From contig CBDBGH010000003.1 in assembly GCA_965205265.1 (NCBI GenBank), positions 1,152,001 to 1,216,000 of the forward strand: 64,000 nucleotides of DNA, given 5' to 3'. Below the pieces are notes generated by a model that made no database searches, was not told where the DNA came from, and saw only the letters and a list, made by a program, of their open reading frames with translations. A program made the translations under genes and the position numbers. Of the stretch, positions 57,372-64,000 are shown one piece after another. Within the stretch, counting starts at the first letter, position 1. Each line of letters begins with the position of its first letter. The DNA comes from Alphaproteobacteria bacterium (lineage in GTDB: Bacteria > Pseudomonadota > Alphaproteobacteria > Bin95).

Positions 57372-58159
57372 ACGAGACCATGCGAATGAAGGACAAATGC
57401 GGGATCGTGACGGCGGCCGGCTCCGGCATGGGGCGCGCCGGAGCGATCCGGTTTGCGCAGGAGGGCGCGGCCGTTGCGGTCGTGGATATCGACGCGGAGG
57501 CCGTCGCGGCGGCGGTCGGCGAGATCGAGGCGGCGGGCGGCCGCGCGGTCGGGATTCCGGCGGATCTCACCCAGGATGAGGACAGCCGGCGGATCGTGCG
57601 CGAGGCGGCGAACGCGCTCGGCGGCATCGACTTCGTCTGGAACCATGTCGGCCATCCCGGCCCGGCCTCGGTCGAAGGCATCGAGATGGAGGACTTCGAC
57701 ACGGCCGTCACGCTCAACATGCGCACCGTGCTCGTCACCACCGACGCGGCGATCCCGGAAATCCGGGCGCGGGGCGGCGGCGCGCTGCTCTACACCGCTT
57801 CGACCTCCGGCCTGCAGGGCTCGCAGTTCAGCCCGGTCTATTCGGCGGTGAAGCATGGCGTGGTCGGCTTTGTGAAGGCGCTCGGCAAGCGGCTCGCGAA
57901 GGAGAACATCCGCGTGAACGCCATCTGCCCCGGCCCCATCGACACGCCGATGCTGCGCGTCTTCGTGGCGCGGCCCGACCAGCAATCGACCCACGGCCTC
58001 GACAAGGAGCAGTTGATTGCGCGCCATGGCGGCGCGCTGCCGATGGGGCGGCCGGGCCGGCCGGAGGAGATCGCCAATGCGGCGCTCTTCCTCTTGTCCG
58101 ACGAAGCCTCCTTCATCACGGCAACCACGCTGGCGGTGGACGGCGGCTCGACCGCGTGA
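57368..58159 (+). CDS. SDR family oxidoreductase
   Basis: TAAGSGMG, YSAVK, VNAICPG motifs; start could be 57380 or 57386. Confidence 0.92.
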   Translation: MNETMRMKDKCGIVTAAGSGMGRAGAIRFAQEGAAVAVVDIDAEAVAAAVGEIEAAGGRAVGIPADLTQDEDSRRIVREAANALGGIDFVWNHVGHPGPASVEGIEMEDFDTAVTLNMRTVLVTTDAAIPEIRARGGGALLYTASTSGLQGSQFSPVYSAVKHGVVGFVKALGKRLAKENIRVNAICPGPIDTPMLRVFVARPDQQSTHGLDKEQLIARHGGALPMGRPGRPEEIANAALFLLSDEASFITATTLAVDGGSTA

Positions 58160-58216
58160 CGGTCTTCGGTCAATCGGAGCCCGGCCTCGCTTCGAGCGGT
58201 TGCCGGGAACGAAGTG

Positions 58217-58254
58217 TTGCGTTCAAAAATGCGCGCACTTATATTTTGCGAACG
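58217..58254 (+). promoter_or_regulatory. hicAB sigma70 promoter with overlapping imperfect inverted repeat (candidate operator)
   Basis: TTGCGT-17 nt-TATATT; CGTTCAAAAAT ... ATTTTGCGAACG. Confidence 0.65.
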
Positions 58255-58289
58255 TCGGCTCCGGTTTCCACAAGGAGGCGGCAGACCTC

Positions 58290-58502
58290 ATGAACGGCCG
58301 GCAGTTCATTGCGAGGGCGCGCAAATGGGCAAGGAACCGGGGACTGGAAGTCCGCTTCGTCGCGTCGCACGGACCCGGTTCGCACGGAACGCTCTATATC
58401 GGAGAGCACAAGACGACCGTAAAGGACCGGAAGAAAGACATTGGCAAAGGATTGCTCGCCAAGATGCTCGCCGACTTGGGAATCGACAAGGAACATTTCT
58501 AG
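58290..58502 (+). CDS. hicA: HicA family toxin (70 aa)
   Basis: GSH motif, basic, DIGKGLLAKMLADLGI; AAGGAGG SD. Confidence 0.9.
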   Translation: MNGRQFIARARKWARNRGLEVRFVASHGPGSHGTLYIGEHKTTVKDRKKDIGKGLLAKMLADLGIDKEHF

Positions 58503-58537
58503 AGGCGGGATGCGTTCCAGCCCGGAGGACCGAGCCC

Positions 58538-58975
58538 ATGCCCGAAACCTATAACTATCCCGCCAGTATCGAAATCGATGAAGATGGCCGCTATGTCGCC
58601 AGTTTTCCCGATTTCGGCTGGGGCGCGACGGATGGCGCTACCCTGGAGGAAGCGTGGGCCGAAGCAGGAGATTTGCTGCGCGAACTGATGGCGGCTACGA
58701 TGCGGGAAAGCGAAGATTTGCCTAGACCGTCGCGCGCCAAAAGGGGACAACAAGTGATCGCCCCGCCGGTGCCGATTGCCCTCAAGGCGGCGCTTTACGA
58801 AGCGTTTCGCAAGTCCAACATGTCGCAACGCCGCCTTGCGCGCGAGCTCGATATTGCCGAAAGCGAGGTGCGCCGCATGCTGAATCCGGACCACGCCACC
58901 AAGGCGGCAACGATAGACCGTGCCTTGCTCCAACTGGGCAAGCGCGTGACCGTGATCGTCGGCGAAGCAGCCTGA
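58538..58975 (+). CDS. hicB: HicB family antitoxin with C-terminal HTH
   Basis: YVASFPDF, TDGATLEEA, SQRRLARELDI motifs; GGAGG SD. Confidence 0.9.
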   Translation: MPETYNYPASIEIDEDGRYVASFPDFGWGATDGATLEEAWAEAGDLLRELMAATMRESEDLPRPSRAKRGQQVIAPPVPIALKAALYEAFRKSNMSQRRLARELDIAESEVRRMLNPDHATKAATIDRALLQLGKRVTVIVGEAA

Positions 58976-58986
58976 TCTGAGCAGGA

Positions 58987-60156
58987 GTGTCCCGACCTCC
59001 CCAGGGTGCGGCCCGGGCGGCGCCGGTTGGCCATCCGGCGGCGCTGGCGCTTGCCGGCTGCCTGGCGCTGGCGGTCGCCATCGGGGTCGGGCGCTTCGTC
59101 TATACGCCGATCCTGCCTTACATGACGGCGGGGCTCGGGCTTGGAAAATCAGAGGCCGGGCTGATCGCTTCGGCCAATTTCCTGGGCTACCTGCTGGGGG
59201 CGCTGGCGGCGGCGTGGCGGCCGGTGCCCGGCGATGCCCGCCTCTGGCTCTTGGGCGCGCTCGTGGCGAGCGCCGCGACGACCGGCGCCATGGGGCTGAC
59301 GGAAGACCTGGGCGCGTTCCTCGCACTCCGCTTCGCGAACGGCGCGCTTGCGGCGCTGGTGATGGTGCTCGCCTCTTCGCTGACGATGGACCGGCTGGCG
59401 GCTGCCGGCCGCGCGGTCTGGGCGGCGGGTATCTATGCGGGCGTCGGGGTCGGCATCGCGCTCTCGTCGCTGGCGGTGCCGGCCGCAGCCCTGGGCGCCG
59501 GCGATTCGCAGGGCCCTTGGCTCGTCTGCGGCGCGCTCGCACTGGCGCTCGCGATCCCGGTCCTGCTTCTGCTGCCGGGCCGGCGGGAGCCGGTGTCTGC
59601 AAGGACGACTGCCGAGGCCGGCGGGAGCGAAGAAGGTTTCGCCCGGTTCGCCATTGCCTATGGCCTGTTCGGCTTCGGCTATGTCATCACGGCCACCTTC
59701 ATTTCCGACATGGTGCGCGCGGACCCGGCCCTGCAGCCGGCGGAAAACATCGTCTGGCTTTGCGTCGGGCTGGCGGCGGCGCCGTCGGTCGCGTTTTGGG
59801 GCTGGGCCGGGCAGCGCTGGAGCAATGAACGGGCCTTTGCATCGGCCTGTCTCGTCGAGGCATTCGCCGTGCTGCTGAGCGTGCTGGGCGGCGGTGTATG
59901 GCCCGTGCTGCTGGCGGCGGCCCTGCTGGGCGGCACCTTCATGGGGCTGACGGCGCTCGGCCTCGTCAATGCGCGGCGGCTCTCCATCGGCGACCCGCGC
60001 CGCAACCTCGCGCTGATAACGGCCGCCTTCGGCCTCGGCCAGATGATCGGCCCCGCGCTCGCGGGCCTGCTGCACGAGGGGACGGACAGCTACCTCGTCC
60101 CGTCGCTGCTCGCCGCAACCGCTCTCGCCGCGGCTGCGGCGCTTGCCGCGCGGTAA
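58987..60156 (+). CDS. YbfB/YjiJ family MFS transporter
   Basis: GVGRFVYTPILPYM, ASANFLGYLLGA, GFGYVITATF motifs. Confidence 0.9.
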   Translation: MSRPPQGAARAAPVGHPAALALAGCLALAVAIGVGRFVYTPILPYMTAGLGLGKSEAGLIASANFLGYLLGALAAAWRPVPGDARLWLLGALVASAATTGAMGLTEDLGAFLALRFANGALAALVMVLASSLTMDRLAAAGRAVWAAGIYAGVGVGIALSSLAVPAAALGAGDSQGPWLVCGALALALAIPVLLLLPGRREPVSARTTAEAGGSEEGFARFAIAYGLFGFGYVITATFISDMVRADPALQPAENIVWLCVGLAAAPSVAFWGWAGQRWSNERAFASACLVEAFAVLLSVLGGGVWPVLLAAALLGGTFMGLTALGLVNARRLSIGDPRRNLALITAAFGLGQMIGPALAGLLHEGTDSYLVPSLLAATALAAAAALAAR

Positions 60157-60166
60157 AGGCCGGATG

Positions 60167-60919
60167 TCAGGTGAGATAGTTGCCGCCGTTTATGTGGACG
60201 GTCTGCCCGGTGATGCGGCGCGCGGCGGCCGACGCGAGGAAGACCGCGAGATGAGCGACGTCCTCCGGCAGGGTCAGCCCCTTCAGCGGAATGAGGTCGG
60301 CCGCTTCGGCGATCTCGTCCTCGGTCATGCCGTAGCGCGGCTGCGCGGTGTCTGCGAGGCCCGGCGCGATGGCGTTGACGCGGATGCCGTGCGGCGCAAG
60401 TTCGAGCGCGGTCGCGCGCGTCAGGCCGACGAGCCCGGCTTTCGAGGCGACGTAATGCGCTCCGCGCGGCGAAGATCGGAAGGCCGCGCCGGAGGCCAGA
60501 TTGACGATGGCGCCCTCGCGGCCGGCGTTCGCCATGCGCCGCGCCGCCGCCGAGGAACAGAGGAACGGCCCCTTGAGGTTCACCGAAAGCACCCCGTCCC
60601 AGTCGGCTTCCGTCATGTCGAGAAAGGCGGTGCGCGGGAAGACCGCGGCATTGTTCACGAGAATATCGACGCCGCCGAACTCGTCGGCGGCGGCCATCAG
60701 GCGTTCGGCCCCCGCAGGCTGCGAGATGTTGGCCTGCGCGGCCACCGCGCCCACTCCCGCAGCCCGGGCGGCCGCGACGATGGCGGCAGCAGCCTCTTCG
60801 TCATCCAGATAGTTCACGACGACGGACGCGCCCGCTTCGGCCGCCGCCCGCGCAATGGCGGCCCCGATGCCCTGCTGCGCGCCTGTGACTACGGCAACCC
60901 TGCCTGCAAGAACGGTCAT
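60167..60919 (-). CDS. SDR family oxidoreductase
   Basis: TGAQQGIG, NNA, YVASK motifs. Confidence 0.92.
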   Translation of the reverse strand: MTVLAGRVAVVTGAQQGIGAAIARAAAEAGASVVVNYLDDEEAAAAIVAAARAAGVGAVAAQANISQPAGAERLMAAADEFGGVDILVNNAAVFPRTAFLDMTEADWDGVLSVNLKGPFLCSSAAARRMANAGREGAIVNLASGAAFRSSPRGAHYVASKAGLVGLTRATALELAPHGIRVNAIAPGLADTAQPRYGMTEDEIAEAADLIPLKGLTLPEDVAHLAVFLASAAARRITGQTVHINGGNYLT

Positions 60920-61053
60920 CGGTCCTTCTCTCTTGAGCCGCTTCGTCCAGAGAGTCACAAATCCCGGCAATGCACAACCGCATTACCGGCTTCAGCTCTC
61001 CGACGGGATCGGCGAGGCCGCGCGGTCCGGCGGTCAAACGGGAGGTCCGCACG

Positions 61054-61914
61054 ATGAAAGTAACGGTGGCAGCGGTCCAGATGTCCTGTTCGGACCGGGT
61101 GGACGAGAATATCGAGAAGGCGGACGGCCTCGTGCGCCAGGCTGCGGCGGCGGGGGCGAATATCGTGCTGCTGCAGGAGATGTTCTCGACCAGGTTCTTC
61201 GGCATGCTGGACTGGGACCCGGACTATTTCTCTCTGGCCTCCACGGCCGGGGAGAGCGTTTCCGTCCGCCACATGTCCCGGCTTGCGGCAGAGCTCGGGG
61301 TCGTCCTTCCGGTCAGCTTTTTCGAGCGCGCCAACCAGTCCTATTTCAACAGTGTGACGGTGATCGATTCGACCGGGGAGCGGCTCGGGCTCTACCGCAA
61401 GTCCCACATGCCGCTCGGCCCGCCCCGGTGCTTCGAGAAATATTTCACCACGCCCGGCAACACCGGGTTCCAGGCATGGGACACCGGGTTCGGCAGGATC
61501 GGGGTCGGGATCTGCTGGGACCAGTGGTTTCCGGAGTCCGCCAGATGCATGGCGCTGAAGGGCGCGGAGCTGCTGTTCTATCCAACGGCGATCGGGACCG
61601 GATGCCACGACCACTGGCAGGTCGTCATGCAGGGCCATGCGGGCGCGAACATGGTCCCGCTGGTGGTGTCGAACCGGGTCGGGCCGGAAAGCGGGCCGTT
61701 CGGCACCACGGACTTCTGGGGCGGCTCCTTCATCGCCGACGAGAAGGGCGCGATCGCCGCGAAGGCGAGCGCCGATCGGGACGAGTTCATCGCCGCGACC
61801 TTCGATCTCGCCGAAATCCGGCAGCAACGGGCCGATTGGGGCCTGTTCCGGGACCGGCGCCCGGACCTGTACCGGACCCTGCTGACAATGGACGGAAGCA
61901 CAAGCGGCGTATGA
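61054..61914 (+). CDS. N-carbamoylputrescine amidase-like carbon-nitrogen hydrolase
   Basis: LLQE, YRKSH, GICWDQWFPE, YPTAIG motifs. Confidence 0.88.
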   Translation: MKVTVAAVQMSCSDRVDENIEKADGLVRQAAAAGANIVLLQEMFSTRFFGMLDWDPDYFSLASTAGESVSVRHMSRLAAELGVVLPVSFFERANQSYFNSVTVIDSTGERLGLYRKSHMPLGPPRCFEKYFTTPGNTGFQAWDTGFGRIGVGICWDQWFPESARCMALKGAELLFYPTAIGTGCHDHWQVVMQGHAGANMVPLVVSNRVGPESGPFGTTDFWGGSFIADEKGAIAAKASADRDEFIAATFDLAEIRQQRADWGLFRDRRPDLYRTLLTMDGSTSGV

Positions 61915-61940
61915 GGGCTGCCTGAGCGGGGATGAGGTCT

Positions 61941-62759
61941 TTAGCGCGACTTCTCCCAGACCACCGGCCAGAGGTCGCTGTCCAGCGGGCCGCCCGGCGG
62001 GATGTCGGGGTCCCTCAGCATGGGCTGGATTCCCGGCCGGGGGTAATAGACGACGTCGCCCCCCGCCCAGCGGGTTATGTAGGCGCGCCGCCGCCTGTTC
62101 GCGGTCGCGTTGCCGGGCGCGCCATGCACCGTCAGCCCGTGATGCACCGTGCAGTCCCCCGGCTCCAGTTCGGGCTGCACGAATTCCAGATCGCTGCGCA
62201 TCCCGTCGATATCGGGGACCGGCGGCAGGTCCTCCTTGTAGCGGCCCTCGCCGAGGAAGGCTTCGGCCTTGTAGCGCATGCCCCATCTGTGGGAGCCCCT
62301 GACATACTCGACGGCGCCGGACGCCGCATCCACGGGGTCGAGCGCCAGCCAGAGCGTGCAGACCTGGTCGCCGTCGATGGGCCAGTAGGGCAGGTCGTGA
62401 TGCCAGCGGGTCCGCTCCCGCGTTCCCGGCTCCTTGATGAGGAACTGGTCGAACACGATGTTGACCTTGTCGGCACCCATCAGGCGGGCGGCGATCCGGG
62501 CCGCCGGCGATTGGAAGACAATGTCCCTGAACTCGCCATGGCGGGGCCACAGGAACGTGTTGTTGAAGAAACGGCCCGGGTCGCCCTCCTTCGCCAGCTC
62601 CTGCTTCATTTCGCCCGGCGTGCTCATGTCGATTTCGGCAAGCGCGCGCACATGCTCGACCCACTCCATGTCGAACAGGCCCTTGAGCAGAACGACCCCG
62701 TCTTCCCGGAAGGTGCGGATTTCCTCGTCGGTGATTTCGCGCAGGGGTTCCCGGTTCAT
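61941..62759 (-). CDS. phytanoyl-CoA dioxygenase family protein
   Basis: WHHD, WLALD, GSHRW, VHGA, RRA motifs. Confidence 0.9.
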   Translation of the reverse strand: MNREPLREITDEEIRTFREDGVVLLKGLFDMEWVEHVRALAEIDMSTPGEMKQELAKEGDPGRFFNNTFLWPRHGEFRDIVFQSPAARIAARLMGADKVNIVFDQFLIKEPGTRERTRWHHDLPYWPIDGDQVCTLWLALDPVDAASGAVEYVRGSHRWGMRYKAEAFLGEGRYKEDLPPVPDIDGMRSDLEFVQPELEPGDCTVHHGLTVHGAPGNATANRRRRAYITRWAGGDVVYYPRPGIQPMLRDPDIPPGGPLDSDLWPVVWEKSR

Positions 62760-62801
62760 CTCGATGCCCTCCTTCAGACAAGGGGCCCAAGCCGATACCC
62801 G

Positions 62802-63896
62802 TCAGTTATAGCCCGTCTCCTCCAGATCGAGCAGCGGATAGCCGCTGAAGACCGAGGGCTGGGAGGTCAGCCCGGCGCGGGTGACGAATTCCGGGCCGAG
62901 GTCCTGCCAGCCCGTGCAGCCCATGAGGCCGAGCGCGGTCACCACCTCGTCCTCCAGCAGCTCCAGCATGGTGACGACGCCCGCTTCGCCGTTTGCGGCC
63001 AGAGCGACCGCCGACAGCCGGCCGATGCCGACCGCGCTTGCGCCGAGCGCCAGCGCCTTCACGACATCGGTGCCCCGCAGGATACCGCCGTCCACCCAGA
63101 CCTCGGCCCTGCCGTCCACTGCGGCGACCGCTTCCGGCAATATGTCGAGCGCCCCCCGCCCGGCGTCGAGCTGGCGCCCGCCGTGATTGGAGACATAGAC
63201 GACATCGACGCCGTGCTCGACACAGAGCGCCGCGTCCTCGCCCGCGCCGATGCCCTTGATGACGAGCGGGATGTCGTGGCGGTCCTTGAAACGCTTGACA
63301 TTGTCCCAGTCGAAGGCGCCCTGGAACTCCATATTGCGGTTGTCGATGCGCCAGGGCTTGACGAAGCGCTTGGCGATGTCGCGCTCGCGCCGGCTGTAAT
63401 GGGCGGTATCGACGGTGATGCAGAAGGCGGTGTAGCCGGCGGCGATGGCGCGCCGGGCAATGCCGTCCACCCAGTCGTCATCGCCCCGCACATAGAGCTG
63501 GAAGACCTTGGGGTTGGGCGCGGCGGCGGCCGTCTCTTCGAGGCCCGGCTCGGAGACGGAGCTCTGGATGTTCATAGTGCCGAAGGCGTGGGCCGCCCGC
63601 GAGGCCGCCGCGCCGCCGTCGGGGTCGAAGCTCTGGAGCGAGCCGATGGGCGCCAGCAGCACCGGCAGGCGCAGCTCCTGGCCCAGCACGTCTTTGCGCG
63701 CCGAAACGCGGGAGACATTGCGGAGCACGCGATGCTTCAGGGCCAGACGGTCGAGCGCCGCGCGATTGCGCCTGAGCGTCGCCTCGCTTTCGCTGCCGCC
63801 TGCCAGATAATCCCAGTAGTTCCGGTTCAGATTGTTGTGCGCACGGTGGACGATCTCGTGGAGGCAGAGGAACTCGCCCTCGGTCTGGCTAACCAT
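62802..63896 (-). CDS. FMN-dependent alpha-hydroxy acid oxidase
   Basis: FQLY, TVD, SNHGGRQLD, DGGILRGTDVVKALALGA motifs. Confidence 0.93.
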   Translation of the reverse strand: MVSQTEGEFLCLHEIVHRAHNNLNRNYWDYLAGGSESEATLRRNRAALDRLALKHRVLRNVSRVSARKDVLGQELRLPVLLAPIGSLQSFDPDGGAAASRAAHAFGTMNIQSSVSEPGLEETAAAAPNPKVFQLYVRGDDDWVDGIARRAIAAGYTAFCITVDTAHYSRRERDIAKRFVKPWRIDNRNMEFQGAFDWDNVKRFKDRHDIPLVIKGIGAGEDAALCVEHGVDVVYVSNHGGRQLDAGRGALDILPEAVAAVDGRAEVWVDGGILRGTDVVKALALGASAVGIGRLSAVALAANGEAGVVTMLELLEDEVVTALGLMGCTGWQDLGPEFVTRAGLTSQPSVFSGYPLLDLEETGYN

Positions 63897-64000
63897 GAAT
63901 CCTGTTCTCGAAAAGGGGCAGGGCGAGCATCCACCATTCGCCTTCGCGGTCAAGGCGAGGCGGCGGGTCCTGGGGGCGGCTGTTTGCCTTGCGCCGGCTC

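Overview
High-GC (roughly 65-72%) alphaproteobacterial chromosome segment. It holds the conserved rpsB-tsf-pyrH-frr-uppS-cdsA-dxr-rseP-bamA-skp-fabZ-lpxA-lpxI cluster (lpxD and lpxB are missing from their usual slots), TAXI-TRAP and polyamine-type ABC transporters, many catabolic genes, yajC-secD-secF and a hicAB toxin-antitoxin pair. Main results: (1) two ORFs split by the ORF track (41975-42475 and 41225-41956) read as one 403-aa PrdB/GrdB-like selenoprotein, with an in-frame UGA in a U-P-N-C motif, a SECIS-like hairpin, an extra C-terminal domain and no partner reductase genes nearby; (2) a translationally coupled GT2-FolM-FolB-acyl-CoA synthetase operon, possibly making a modified pterin; (3) intergenic DNA rich in small mobile sequences: seven REPIN doublets, a 340-bp MITE inserted in one REP loop that itself carries a REPIN, repeat tails built from REP ends, solo IS-like ends at stop codons, an orphan IS630-type HTH gene and a 5' group II intron fragment. 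No rRNA, tRNA or CRISPR array was seen. Family assignments come from motif recognition by eye, not from database searches.
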